From Malacoraja senta (lineage: Eukaryota), in contig CM075995.1 of the NCBI GenBank assembly GCA_038087875.1, positions 3,164,001 through 3,228,000 on the forward strand: a DNA stretch of 64,000 nucleotides, in the 5' to 3' direction. The translations under genes and the position numbers were made by a program. Within the stretch, counting starts at the first letter, position 1; each line of letters begins with the position of its first letter. Below are positions 1 to 12,145 of this stretch, in pieces. Below the pieces are notes generated by a model. It was not told the origin of the DNA, searched no databases, and was given only the letters and a program-made list of their open reading frames with translations.

Positions 1-559
1 TATTCAAAATGTGGCCTGACCAGTGCCTTATAAAGCCTTAGCATGACATCCCTGTTTTTGTATGCAAGCCCTCTTGAAACAAATGCTAGCATTGAGTTTG
101 CTTTCTTTACTACTGACCTGTCACATATTCCTTTTGTCCAGAGATGCTGCCTGACCTGCTGAGTTACTCCCTTATCATTCACCTGTATTCTGTGAATTGC
201 TCGATTATAATCGTGTATTGTCTTGAGGCTAGCTGGTTAGCACGTAAAAAAAAATCTTTTCACTGTACCTCAGTAGACGTGACAAAACTGAAACGACTCC
301 AGCTTTTTGTGACCACCTTTTCAATGCTGGGAATTTGAACTCTGCGAAGAGATAATTTGGCACCGGGAAATATGAAGGCTGGCATATTGTCATAAAATCC
401 AGCTGGTTCAACAATATGGCTTAAGGCAGAGAATTTCTATCGTACCCAGTTTGAGCATATGTTACTTCAGTCTCAATCTCTTATTACCTATAGGGCTACA
501 AAATCCTTGCCAATGTTGTTTACAGATCATTTTTTTAAACTTCATTTTTGCATCCACAG

Positions 560-845
560 TAGTTTAGTTTAGTTTAGTTTAGTTTAGAGATACAGTGCAA
601 AAATAAGCCCCCCCTGTTCCCCCAAGTCTGTGCTGGCCAGTACACCCCAGATCACCCCGTACACTAGCACTATCAAACACACTAGGGACAATTTACAATT
701 TTTACCGAAGCCAATTGATTTACAAACCTGTACTTCTTTGGAATGTGGGAGGAAACCGGAGCACCCGGGGAAAACCCACGCGGTCACGAGAATGTACAAA
801 CTGGGCTTCTGGTGCTGTAAGGCAGCTGCTCCACCGTGTCGGCCT
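560..845 (-). mobile_element. tRNA-derived SINE (HE1/V-SINE-like), partial
   Basis: (TTTAG)n tail on + strand, then the reverse complement of the SINE body seen many times in this window (GGGAGGAAACCGGAGCACCCGGGGAAAACCCACGCGGTCACG). Confidence 0.8.
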
Positions 846-877
846 TACTAATTAATTTTACTCTAATTTTTATTTTT

Positions 878-1145
878 TGGATGGCGCAGTGGTGCAGCTG
901 ATAAAGCTGCGACCAAACAACGCTGGAGGACCGGGTTCTATCCTGAACTGGGTGCTGTCTGTGTGGAGTTCGCACGTTGTCCCTGTGACCCCGGGATTCC
1001 TGCATTTGCTCCAGCTTCCGCCCACATACCAAAGCCGATCGGGTTTGTATGTTAATTGACCAGTGTAAAATTCGCCCTAAATGTGCAGGGGATGGATACA
1101 AAAGTGGGATAACTGGTGTGAGCGGGTGATCGATGGTCGGCGTTG
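878..1145 (+). mobile_element. tRNA-derived SINE (HE1/V-SINE-like), diverged
   Basis: A-box-like GGCGCAGTGGTGCAGCTG, B-box-like GGGTTCTATCC, V-domain-like GTGTGGAGTTCGCACGTTGTCCCTGTGACC. Confidence 0.75.
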
Positions 1146-1648
1146 ACTCAAGTGAGACCACACCTGGAGTATTGTGTGCAGTTTTGGTCCCATAATTTGA
1201 GGAAGGACATTCTTGCTATTGAGGGAGTGCAGTGTAGGTTTACAAGGTTAATTCCCTGGATGGCGGGTCTGTCATATGCTGAGAGAATGGAGCAGCTGGG
1301 CTTGTACACTCTGGAGTTTAGAAGGATGAGAGGGCATCTCATTGAAACATATAAGATTGTTAAGGGCTTGGACACGCTAGAGGCAGGAAACATATTCCCG
1401 ATGTTGGGGGAGTCCAGAACCAGGGGCCACAGCTTAAGAATAAGGAGTAAGCCATTTAAAACGGAGACGAGGAAACACTTTTTCTCACAGAGAGTGGTGA
1501 GTCTGTGGAATTCTCTGCCTCAGAGGGCGGTGGAGGCAGGTTCTCTGGATGCTTTCAAGAGAGAGCTAGATAGGGCTCTTAAAGATAGCGGAGTCAGGGG
1601 ATATGGGGAGAAGGCAGAAACGGGGTACTGATTGGGGATGATCAGCCA

Positions 1649-3056
1649 AGATCAAGATTCAAGATCAAGATTTCCTTTATTGTCATTCAGACCTTTCGGT
1701 CTGAACAAAATTGTGATGCCTGCAGTCATACACAGAACCAATAATAACAAAACAGACAATAAACACAAATTAAAACATCCACCACAGTGAGTTCACCAAG
1801 CACATCCTCACTGTGATGGAGGCAAAGTCTTAGTCTCCGTCTCTTCCCTCCTTGTTCTCCCTCTGCGCTGAGGCGATCGATCCAGGCCGAAGATGCCGCC
1901 CTCCAGTTCAGCGGACCTCCGTGGTGATGTCGCCGCCGCCGAAAGCCAGAACGCCGGTCTCTCGCTCCGAGACGGCCCGCCACAGCATCAGCTCCAGGTC
2001 CCGCAGTCTCCGCTCCAGACCCCGCTGCATCAGCTCCAGGCCCCGCAGTCTCCACTCCAGGCCGCTGCCCCAGCTCCAGGTCCCGCAGTCTCCGATCAAG
2101 GGCCGCTGCCCCAGCTCCAGGTCCCGCAGTCTCCGATCAAGGCCGCTGCCCCAGCTCCAGGTCCCGCAGTCTCCGATCAAGGCCGCTGCCCCAGCTCCAG
2201 GTCCCGCAGTCTCCGCTCCAGGCCGCTGCCCCAGCACCGGGTCCCGCAGTCTCCGATCAAGGCCGCTGCCCCAGCTCCAGGTCCCGCAGTCTCCGCTCCA
2301 GACCCCGCTGCATCAGCTCCAGGTCCCGCAGTCTCCACTCCAGGCCGCTGCCCCAGCTCCAGGTCCCGCAGTCTCCGCTCCGGACCCCACTGCCCCAGCT
2401 CCAGGTCCCGCAGTCTCCACTCCAGGCCACTGCCCCAGTTCCAGGTCCCCGCAGTCTCCGATCAAGGCCGCTGCCCCAGCTGCAGGTCCCGCACTCTCCG
2501 CTCCAGGCCGCTGCCCCAGCACCGGGTCCCGCAGTCTCCGATCAAGGCCGCTGCACCAGCTCCGGGTCCCGCAGTCTCCACTCCAGGCCACTGCCCCAGC
2601 TCCGGGTCCTGCAGTCTCCGATCAAGGCCGCTGCACCAGCTCCGGGTCCCGCAGTCTCCGCTCCAGACCCCGCTGTATCAACTCCAGGCCGCCGCCGAAA
2701 GCCAGAACGCCGCACCAGCAAGTCGGGCCACCGCTGCCTCAGCCCCGAAGACGGCCAGCCTCCCGTTGGTAAGTCCTGGCTGGCTCTGCCTCCGTAGCCT
2801 CAAGGTCGGTCGCAGGATGGAGGCTGCCAGCCCTGCCATTAGGCCTCACCGCAGACGGAGGCAGGGAAGGGGATACGACACAAAAAAATCACATTCCCCC
2901 GGAGGAAGAGACAGAGAACATGTTTCACCCCCCCCCTAACACAACCCAACAAACTAAAACTTAACCAAAACAAGACAAAAAAACCAACAGAAAAAAGTAA
3001 AAACAGACGGACTGCAGGCGAGCCGCAGCCGATTAACAGCACCGCCACTTCCGGCG
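1649..3056 (-). mobile_element. Non-autonomous GC-rich retroposon with Rex1/Babar-type hairpin tail; same family as 30164-31016
   Basis: Both ends match 30164-31016 in reverse complement (5' ...GCGGCTCRCCTGCAGTCCGTCTGTTTTTAC; 3' TTCAGACCGAAAGGTCTGAATGACAATAAA plus short-repeat tail). Confidence 0.8.
1990..2690. repeat. GC-rich minisatellite, ~40-bp unit (GGCCGCTGCCCCAGCTCCAGGTCCCGCAGTCTCCGATCAA)
   Basis: Identical units at 2101, 2141 and 2181; roughly 17 imperfect copies; explains the long Pro/Ala-rich ORFs. Confidence 0.95.
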
Positions 3057-3240
3057 ATGATCACATTGAAGGGCCAAAGGCCTACTCCTGCACCTATTGT
3101 CTATTGTCTATTGTCAAGGGGCTAAAGGACAAACAGTATTTGCATGTTGTATCTCGAAACTAAACTAAACTCATTCAAGTTCTGGTTGGCTGGGCATGCT
3201 CAGTGTTCCTTGCCCATGGCTAATCTGAAGGAAAGGATTG

Positions 3241-3575
3241 AAACATAGAAAGTAGGTGCCTGTGTAGGCCATTCGGCTCTTCGAGTCAGCACCGCCATTC
3301 AACATGATCATGGCTGATCATTCAAAATCAGTACCTCGTTCCTGCTTTCTCCCCATATCCCTTAATTCCTTTAGCCCTAAGAGCCAAATCTAATTCTCTC
3401 TTGAAAACATCCAGTGAATTGGCCTCCACTGCCTTCTGTGGCAGAGAATTCCACAGATTCACAACTCTCTGGGTGAAAAAGCTTTTCCTCATCTCAGTCC
3501 CAAATGGCCGACCCCTATTCTTAAACTGTGACCACTGGTTCTGGACTCTCCCAACATTTGGAACATTTTTCCTGC
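3241..3575 (-). mobile_element. CR1-like LINE 3' fragment
   Basis: ORF 3328-3597 (-) contains FFTQRVVNLWNSLP...GYGEKAG; typical 3' UTR with AAACATAG tail. Confidence 0.85.
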
Positions 3576-3974
3576 AATCCACATCAATCCAATCCATGCA
3601 CTAAAGAACTTTCCTAAGCCAGAGAGCAGTGCTGAACTACGATCTACCTATTTGGTGACCCTCAGCCTATCTTTGATCGGTCTTTGCTGGCTTTACCTTC
3701 CACTAAACCTTATTCCCTTATCATGTATCTGTACACTTGAATGGCTCAATTGTAGCCATGTGTTGTCTTTCTGTTGACTGAAAAGCATGCAACGAAAGCT
3801 TTTCACTGCACCTCTGTACACATGACAATAAACTCAACTGAACTAAATTAAATGCCTTCAAGTAAGGTGAAGTATCATTTATTGCTTATGCTGCCTCACT
3901 GCATTAAACAGACATATAGTGTGAATAGGAAGTATATAAGATTACAAGAGACAGATATGGTCATCGCTTAGAGT

Positions 3975-4408
3975 CATAGAGTCCATAGAGTGATACAGTG
4001 TGGAAACTGGCCCAACCTGCCCACACTGGCCAACATGTCCCAGCTACACTAGTCCCACCTGCCGGCGTTTGGTCCATATCGAACTCTTAAACGTTGGGAT
4101 AGTCCCAGCCTCAACTACCTCCTCTGTCAGCTCGTTCCACACACCCACCACCCTTTGTGTGAAAAATGTTACCTCTCAGATTCCCACTAAATCTTTTCCC
4201 CTTCACCTTAAACCTATGTCCTCTGGACCTCAATTCGCCTACTCTGGGCAGGAGACTGTGCATTTACCTGATGTATTCCTCTCATGATTTCATACACTTG
4301 TATAAGATCACTCCTCATCCTCCTGCGCTCCACGGAATAGAGGAGTCACAGCCTGCTCAACCTCTCTCTATAGCTCAGACCATCTAGTCCTGAAAACATC
4401 CTCGTAAA
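3975..4408 (-). mobile_element. CR1-like LINE 3' fragment (second subfamily)
   Basis: Reverse complement of the GAGGACATAGGTTTAAGGTGAAGGGGAAAAGATTT...CACACAAAGGGTGGTGGGTG motif shared with 17385-17706 and 33435-34362. Confidence 0.75.
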
Positions 4409-4564
4409 TGTGCGGCATAGTGGCGTAGCCGTGGCTGAAACCGACTGCCCCCCCCCTCAAAACCCTCCCTCCCCTCCGCTCAACAGCCAATCACAGTCGA
4501 GATATGGGGCAGTGAATGAAGCGTTGTGCTTAGCCACCGAGCGGAAGGGAGGGAGGGTGGACCC

Positions 4565-4599
4565 AGAGGGAGAGGGAGAGGGAGAGGGAGAGAGAGAGA

Positions 4600-4635
<36 letters not shown>

Positions 4636-4705
4636 CCAGCCCCAAGAGGGAGAGAGAGAGAGGGAGGGAGAGAGAGGGTCAGCCCCAAGAGGGAGGGAGA
4701 GCGAC

Positions 4706-4750
<45 letters not shown>

Positions 4751-4870
4751 CCCGAGAGGGAGGGAGAGAGAGAGAGAGAGAGAGGGAGGGAGAGAGAGGG
4801 TCGGCCCCGAGAGGGAGGGAGAGAGAGAAAGACAGAGAGAGGGGAGCCAGCCCCGAGAGGGAGGGAGAGG
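4565..4870. repeat. (GA)n-rich low-complexity repeat
   Basis: Long GAGAGA/GGGAGA runs interleaved with CAGCCCC(A/G)AGAGGG units. Confidence 0.95.
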
Positions 4871-6698
4871 GGGGTGGGGTGTGGGATATATCCCCACACT
4901 TTTTGAGTTGGGGGATGGCCTTTATTATCCCCCAGTTTTTGGAGGTCGAGCAACAACAACAAATAATAATTGTGCCCCCCTCCCACACCGTCCCCCCACT
5001 CGGTTGCTCCGATCCCTCACCGGGTACCCCCGAGGCCGGTGATCAGTGATCGTTCAGCCCCCCCACTTTCAAAAACGTTCCGCGGCCCCTGTCTTAGGGC
5101 TAATGGAATCAAGGGATATGGGGAGGAACGGGTACTGATTGGGGATGATCAGCCATGATCATATTGAATGGCGGTGCTGACTCGAAGGGCCGAATGACCT
5201 ACTCCTACACCTAGTTTCTATGTTTCTATGTTTTTATGTTAAGTCAAACTAGGCTGGCAGCAATTAATTCACAGTCTTCAGTGCCTCAGTGCCTCCATTT
5301 AATGCCCTATGCTGGAAGAACCTGTACTGGTCAGAGAGTCTTACTTCAGCCTTCTGACCTTCATGTGAATCGTACCATCACCTACAACGGGCTTGCCCCA
5401 TAAGAATGACGGGCTCGTGCAATGAAAGGTTGGTTGTGGATACGTGTGTGAGACGAGTACATCATGGCTCTACCGATCTTCACCGCCAGGCCAGCCTGCT
5501 GATACCACCCCCGCCACGCACTGCCACGTAGGCTGCTTCCATGCCCACCTGCTCACCGTCAAAGCAAGCCCGCACCGCCACCTCCGCAGCTTCCAGAGTG
5601 GACCTGCTGTTGCCACCTGCCACCCACACAGCAGCTCGGCCATTACCAGGCCACAGTTGCCACTGCAGGCCACAGCGACAGTGGAGAGGTCAGTGCGGCG
5701 GTCGATGATGGCGCCGACCGATAGACGAGGACGGAACGCGTGGAGTGAGGGCGCCGCTGCTGGGGGAAGGAATAAATGATGATCCGGAGTGGGGTGGGAC
5801 CGCCGTGAGGGAGGGGCAAGCGGGAGAACAAAGGGGGGCTGGTGCGGATACTGTGTATACTTTGTCCGTGCCCTTTGTGTGGTGACTATTTGCATACCTT
5901 GGGTATGCAAGCAAAGAATTTCACTGTGACTTTTCACATGTGACAATAAAGTATTCATTCGTTCATTCCTTACATGCACTTCAGCCGCCGGCCACGACCA
6001 GTGACCGTCGATCATCACCTCTCCACTGGCCGCCAGCAGGCCAGGGCCGGCAACTCACCTGGATTCCAGGCCCAGTTCCTGATCTGGAGTCTGAAGAATG
6101 ATCTCAACCCAAAACACCACCGACCCATGTTCTCAGTATTAACCAGCATCTGCAGTTCTTTGCTTCTACTACTCAGACAATTATACTCTTTTTCTGTGTA
6201 ATCTCTAACTGGGTTATAGTGGACAATCAGATGGCAATAACAGACAAATGGCTAAATGGCCCACCGAGTCCGCACCGACCAGCGATCCCTGCACATTAAC
6301 ACTATCCTACACACACTAGGGACAATTTACACATCCTCCGTTTTGGTCCATTATTACAAGGGTTTACTGTATCACCATTTTTAACATGTCACATTATAAT
6401 TAGATTTGTTGAATGATTTTAAAAAGTTAATCTTAATTAATTGAAGCTTAAATATAATTTTAATCACACTACCCAACAATCACAAAACTGGAATACTGTA
6501 TCAGCAAAATTCTACCTTTGGACAGATGTTAAACAAAATCCATGTCAATGATCATGGCTGATCATCCAAAATCCAGCAAAATTATATAATGACAATGATT
6601 ACACTTTGGACTTTCGAGATTCAGCACGGAAACAGGCCCTTCGGCCCACAGAGTCCGTGCCGACCAGCGATCACCCCGTTCACTAGCACTCTTCTTAT

Positions 6699-7181
6699 AT
6701 TTATTTAGCGAATGCAAAGTCCTTTAGCCAAGCAGTTGCCTCTTGATCTACTGTATGAAGGGTGACAAGTCCTCCTTTAAGTCTTTTTTGAGAGCATGCT
6801 TCAATAATGATGATGTGTTGCATTGTTTGCTGCTGCCCCATTTGTGAAGGCTGGCCAAGCAGGGGCTATGTCCAGTCCTGAATAGACAGATGACGTCAAT
6901 GAAGTGTTGGTGGGCGAGGACTTCGATGAGGCGTCGCTTGGCTGCAGAGAGGCCTTCAACATTCAGCTGTAGTTTTCGGAGAGCGGGTCCAACTGCTAGG
7001 TGCTCTTGAGGCTGGTCGTTGTCGTTGCTTTCGGCTTTGGGATAATGACTAGGATTCTTTGACTTGGCTCTCAGGCGTCGTCTTGTAGAATTTAGTCTGC
7101 TGGAAGGATCATTGGCTTCCCCAGGCGAGCCTGGGTACTGACGGGGGGGGGCGCGACGAGAACGCTGATCCATAGCCCCCC
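6699..7181 (-). mobile_element. Internally deleted Ingi/Vingi-like non-LTR retroposon
   Basis: 12-bp TSD CACTCTTCTTAT (6687-6698 / 7182-7193). APE N-terminus LQLNVEGLSAAKRRLIEVLAHQHFIDVICL is fused directly to a C-terminal segment FRTGHSPCLASLHKWG, followed in another frame by TMQHIIIIEAC...WLKDFAFAK*; TAAA tail. Confidence 0.8.
7106..7181 (-). ncRNA. HDV-like (CPEB3-type) self-cleaving ribozyme at the element 5' end
   Basis: Minus strand GGGGGGC(P1) TAT GGATCA(P2) GCG(P3) TTCTCGT(L3) CGC GCCCCCC(P1', extended C run) GT CAGTA CCCAGG-CTCG-CCTGGG(P4) GAAG CCAA TGATCC(P2'). Confidence 0.75.
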
Positions 7182-7589
7182 CACTCTTCTTATTATCTTA
7201 CACATTAAGTACAATTTTCAATTTTACCGAAGCTAAATACGCTACAAACCCACGCAGGTCTTGAGGAGAACGTACAAACTCCATACAGACAAAGCACCCG
7301 TGCTCAGGATCGAACCCGGGTCTCTGGCGATGTGAGGCAGCAACTCTACCGCTGCGCCACTGTGTGATTGAGGGCGAACAAAGGATTTTGCTGGGTCTCC
7401 AGGCCAATATCTCTCCCTCAGACATTATAACCAGCAGGTCATCCAATGAATAAGACTTCATAAGTTCTAGGAGCAGAATTTGGCCATTTGACCCATCAAG
7501 TCTACTCCACCATTCCATCATGGCTGATCTGTCTTTCCCTCTCAACCCCATTCTCCTGCCTTCTCCTCATAACTTCTGACACCCAGTTT

Positions 7590-7895
7590 ATTTTATTTTA
7601 GAGATGCAGCGTGGAAACAGGCCCTTCGGCCCACTGAGTCTGCACCAACCAGCGATCCCTGCACATTAATACTATCCTGCATACAATAGGGACAATTTAC
7701 ACATACACCAAGCCAAATGCCTGTACGTCTTTGGAGTGTGGGAGGACACCAAAGATCTTAGAGAGAACCCATGCGGTCACGCGGAGAACGCACAAGCTCC
7801 GTACAGACAACACCCGTAGTCCGGATTGAACCCGGGTCTCTGGTACTACAAGCGCTGTAAGGCAGCAACTCTCCTGCTGCGCCACCTTGCCGCCC
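7590..7895 (-). mobile_element. tRNA-derived SINE (HE1/V-SINE-like)
   Basis: Near-complete reverse complement of the SINE consensus in this window. Confidence 0.85.
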
Positions 7896-8371
7896 ACAGC
7901 AGTTGAGGGGGGCAGTCAAAGAATTGGTTCATTGAGTGAAAGACATGACCCTCAGAGTCTTTCCCTCCAGGCGGTAATCTTCAAGTGAGATCCGGCAACC
8001 TGTAACCACTGCAATCACTTTGATGAAGGAAAACCAACACAATTCTTTCACAAAAGTAATAATAAAAGAGCAGATGTTGAAAAGCCAACACAAAAATAAT
8101 GCAGATATAACAGGAAACAGATGTCAGCAGCTTTGGAGGAAAAATGGGCATTAAAACTTTGGGCCTGATCCTCATTGTCAGATACGAGAGAAAGTTTAGA
8201 GAGCCAATTTCACGGGGGCTACCCGAACTTTCTTAATCCTTCTGTGTAGTTTAATATTTTCATTCCATGAATCAGCCTGATTGATGCATCTGTTGCCCTT
8301 GTGATTGAAGGGACCAGAACAGCACATTGAATTCCTCATGGAATCTGATGGGCAGCCTATGCTCGTGACTA

Positions 8372-8373
8372 GG

Positions 8374-8414
<41 letters not shown>

Positions 8415-8415
8415 G

Positions 8416-8497
<82 letters not shown>

Positions 8498-8594
8498 GAG
8501 ATAGACAGAGAGACAGAGAGACAGAGAGACAGAGAGACAGAGAGACAGAGAGACAGAGAGACAGAGAGACAGAGAGACAGAGAGACAGAGAGAC

Positions 8595-8685
<91 letters not shown>

Positions 8686-8710
8686 TAATTAATTAATTAA
8701 TTAATTAATT
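8372..8710. repeat. Compound microsatellite (GATA)n-(GAGAGACA)n-(GACA)n-(GATA)n-(TTAA)n
   Basis: Directly visible. Confidence 0.97.
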
Positions 8711-9494
8711 ATATGTGATTTCACCACCACTCCAGACAATGTATTCCAGGCCCCCACCACTCTATGTAAAAGACATGCCCTGTATGCTTCAATTAAACTT
8801 CCCCCCTCTCACCTTGTAGCTATGCCCTCTGGTGTTGCACATTTCCATCCTGGGAAAAAGGTTTTGACTGTCTACCCTGTCTATGCCTCGCGCAGTTTTA
8901 TATACTATACAGTCTTTCTTCAGCCTCCGATCTTATATTGTTAAAGTAATCCAGTCTGAGGAATGGTGATAGACACATACGCTGGAGTAACTCAGTGGGT
9001 CAGGCAGCATCTCTGGATAGAAGGAATAGGTGATGTTTCTTCATACTGACGTTTGGGGTCGAGGCCCTTCTTCAGTGGTGAGATGTGAGAGTGGTGAGAT
9101 GGCATTTGCAGTTATATGATACTTGACTCCCTGGGACCTGCCAGAGCACTTTAAAGACATTGTGTTATGATATGTTATGTTGTGGAAGGCCAGTCGCTGT
9201 TGATAGGTGTCATAAGACCATAAGTCATAAGGCCATTCGGCCCATCAAGTCTACTCCGCCATTCAATCATGGCTGATCTACCTCTCCCTCCGAACCCCAC
9301 TCCCCTGCCTTCTCCCCATAACCCCTGACATCCGTACTAATCAAGAATCTATCTAACTCTGCCTTAAAAATATCCACTGACTTGGCCTCCACAGCCTTCT
9401 GTGGCAGAGCAGTTCCACAGATTCACCACCCTCTGACTAAGTGTGACACTTATGTTTTGTAAAACCATTTGTGTCAAATGGAATGAGAGACATT

Positions 9495-10525
9495 AGTGAG
9501 GCCACATTTCAGTATCGTGTTCAGTTTTGGTCACCCTGTAATAGGAAGGACGTTGTCAAGCTGGAAAAGGCGCAGAGATTTACGAGGATGTTGCCAGGAC
9601 TCGATAGCCTGAGCTGTAGCGAGAGGCCGAGCAGGCTGGGACATTGTTCCTTGGAGCGCAGGAGGGTGAGGGGTGATCCTATAGAGATGTATAAGATCAT
9701 GAGAGGAATAGATCGGGTATACCTCTATAGAGTCTTTATTACCCTGAGTCGAGGAATCAAGAACCAGAGGACATAGGTTCAAGGTGACGGGGGGGGGGGG
9801 GAAGATTTAATAAGAACCTGAAGAGCAACTTTTTTACACAAAGAGTGGTAGGTATACGGAACAAACTGCCGGAGGGGGTAGTTGATGCAGGTAGTATCGC
9901 AACGTTCAGGAAACATTTGGACTGGTAGATGGATAGAAACATAGAAGCATAGAATCATAGAAAAATAGGTGCCGGAGGAGGCCATTCGGCCATTCGGGCC
10001 AGCACCCCCACTCATTGTGATCATGGCTGATCATCCACAATCAGTACCCCGTGCCTGCCTTCTCCCCATATCCCTTGATTCCGCTAGCCCCTAGAGCTCT
10101 ATCTAACTCTCTTTTAAATTCATCCAGTGAATTGGCCTCCACTGCCCTCTGTGGCAGAGAATTCCACAAATTCACAACTCTCTGGGTGAAAAAGTTGTTT
10201 TCTCATCTCAGTTTTAAGTTACCTCCCCTTTATTCTTGGTCTGTGGCCCCTGGTTCTGGACAACCCCAACATTGGGAACATTCTTCCTGCATCTAGCCTG
10301 TCCAGTTCTTTTATAATTTTATACGTTCCTATAAGATCCCCTCTCATCCTTTAAAGTCCAATGAATGCAAGACCAGTCTTTCCAATCTTTTCTCACGTAA
10401 GAGTCTATCCTCATAGGATAGGTTTAGAGGGATATGGGCAAAACACAGGCAGGTGGGACTAGTGTGGATGGGTGTGGGCAAGTTGGGCAGAAGGGTCTGT
10501 TTCCACACTGTATTCCTCTATGTCA
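9495..10525 (+). mobile_element. Degenerate CR1-like fragment (+) with a nested CR1 fragment (-) at about 9936-10400
   Basis: VQFWSPCNRKDVVKLEKAQ in ORF 9471-9776; the inverted CR1 3' end starts with (AAACATAG)n at 9936; the + copy resumes near 10415. Confidence 0.75.
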
Positions 10526-11334
10526 CTTTGACTTGCTGCTTATGATGACTGAGGCGGGGAGGTTGGCCTGGATTTCATGCAAACTCCTTTGTTCTTCTTC
10601 CAACACAGTCATTAGTTCTGTCCCATGCCCATGCCCATGACCAGGAAGACAAGGGTTTGGTTTAACATCCGTCCAAAGATATAATTTTAACTCCTTCCTT
10701 TGCACTAAGCTAGAGTACTGTGTCCCCTTGTATATGACAGAGTCAAACTGAAAGCTTGAGTTTTAGTTTGAGTTTAGTTTATTGTCACGTGTACCGAGTG
10801 AAAAGGCTTTTGTTGCGTGCTCACCAGCCAGCGGAAAGACAACAATCGAAGGATAGACACAAAATGCTGGAGTAACTCAGCGGGACAGGCAGCATTTCTG
10901 GAGAGAAGGAATGGGTGACGTTTCAGGTCGAGACCCTGGGTTGCACGAAGAGTCGCCTGGGTTGGGCGCAACCTTCCAAATTTCAGAATGCAGCCAAATG
11001 GGCCATGATTACCATGTGCAACAAGATCTAGGGACATTGAATTTAAGAGTCAGGAAGTCATGATCGATCTCGATAGGAATTTGATTGAATTGAATTGAAT
11101 TGAACTGAATTGAATACTTTATTGTCACATGTGACAACTCACAGTGAAATTCTTTGCTTGCATTCCCAAGGTATGCAAACTGTCGCCCATAAAGGGCGCT
11201 TACAAAGTTACAAGGTAACCTGCGCCAGGTCCTCCTTTGTTCTCCCAACCCCCACGGTTGGGAGGTTGAGGAGAATAATCGAGTTTCACTGTTCCTTAGT
11301 TGGTACGTGACAATAAACAGACCTTTGACCTTTG

Positions 11335-11820
11335 ATAGAAAAATATAAAATTATGAGAGGCACAGATATGGTAGACAGTCAGAACCATTTTTCCCCATGG
11401 TGGAAATGATCAACATTAGAAGGCATAGCTATAAGATGAGAGGGGGAAATTTTAACAGCGATGTGTGGGGGAAGATTTTTTTTTCTCGCAGTGGCGACAT
11501 GGATCTCATTGCCAAGTAGTGGGGACATGGAACTGATTGCCAAGTAGTGGGGACATGGAACTCATTGCCAAGTAGTGGGGACATGGAACTCATTGCCAAG
11601 TAGTGGGGACATGGAACTCATTGCCAAGGATGGTGGTGGAGGCAGATACGATAGTGGCATTTAAGAGGCTTTTAGATAGGCACATGGAAGTGCAGGGAAT
11701 AGAGGGCAATGGATCACGTGCAGGCTGATGAGATCAGATTATCTTGGCATCATGTCGGCACAAATATCGTATGCCGAATGGCCTGTTCTTGTGCTGTACT
11801 GTTCTATGTTCCATGTTCTA
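11335..11820 (+). mobile_element. CR1-like 3' fragment containing a 28-bp tandem amplification (about 11490-11630)
   Basis: GTAGTGGGGACATGGAACTCATTGCCAA repeated about 5 times within a LINE 3' end; (TGTTCTA)n tail. Confidence 0.75.
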
Positions 11821-11876
11821 CCATTTCCACGTGCACTTTCTTTTGATGCATTTCTCCAGCCCTAATTAAATTTCGA

Positions 11877-12145
11877 AGTTTAGTTTAGTTTAGAGATACA
11901 GCGCGGAAACAAGCGCCGGCCAGTGATCCCCGCACATTAACACTACCCTACACACACTAGGGACAATTTACATTTATACCAAGCCAATTAACCTACAATG
12001 GGAGGAAACCAAAGATCTCTGAGAAAAACCCACGCAGGTCACCGTGAGAACGTGCAAACTCGACAGCACCCGTAGTCGGGATCGAACCCGGGTCTCCGGC
12101 GCTGTAAGCGGCGTAAGGCAGCAACTCTACCGCCACTGTGCCGCA
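11877..12145 (-). mobile_element. tRNA-derived SINE
   Basis: Reverse complement of the SINE consensus with (TTTAG)n tail. Confidence 0.85.

Larger units (their letters stand above)
1146..3115 (+). mobile_element. CR1/HER1-like LINE 3' fragment (1146-1648, resumes 3057-3115), split by an insertion
   Basis: ORF 1143-1631 encodes the CR1 RT C-terminus (VRPHLEYCVQFWS...RTRGHSL...VVSLWNSLP); the 3' UTR ATCAGCCA|TGATCACATTGAA is interrupted and ends in (CTATTGT)n. Confidence 0.9.
6605..7362 (-). mobile_element. tRNA-derived SINE hosting a Vingi-like insertion
   Basis: SINE tail at about 6605-6690; body resumes at 7194 and runs to the A-box complement CTACCGCTGCGCCAC. Confidence 0.8.

Noticed and set aside
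1852..2939. 306-aa and 348-aa Pro/Ala/Arg-rich ORFs
   Set aside because: They arise from a 40-bp GC-rich minisatellite (unit not a multiple of 3) inside a non-coding retroposon.
4410..5042. Glu/Arg- and Leu/Ser-rich ORFs
   Set aside because: Translation of a (GA)n microsatellite.
4420..5091. Possible DNA transposon ending in CCCCCCCACTTTCAAAAACGTTCCGCGGCCCCTG
   Set aside because: Looks like one terminal repeat, but no matching other end or TSD was found.
11490..11630. 28-bp repeat array of CRISPR-like length
   Set aside because: Head-to-tail repeats with no spacers, inside a LINE fragment of a eukaryotic genome.
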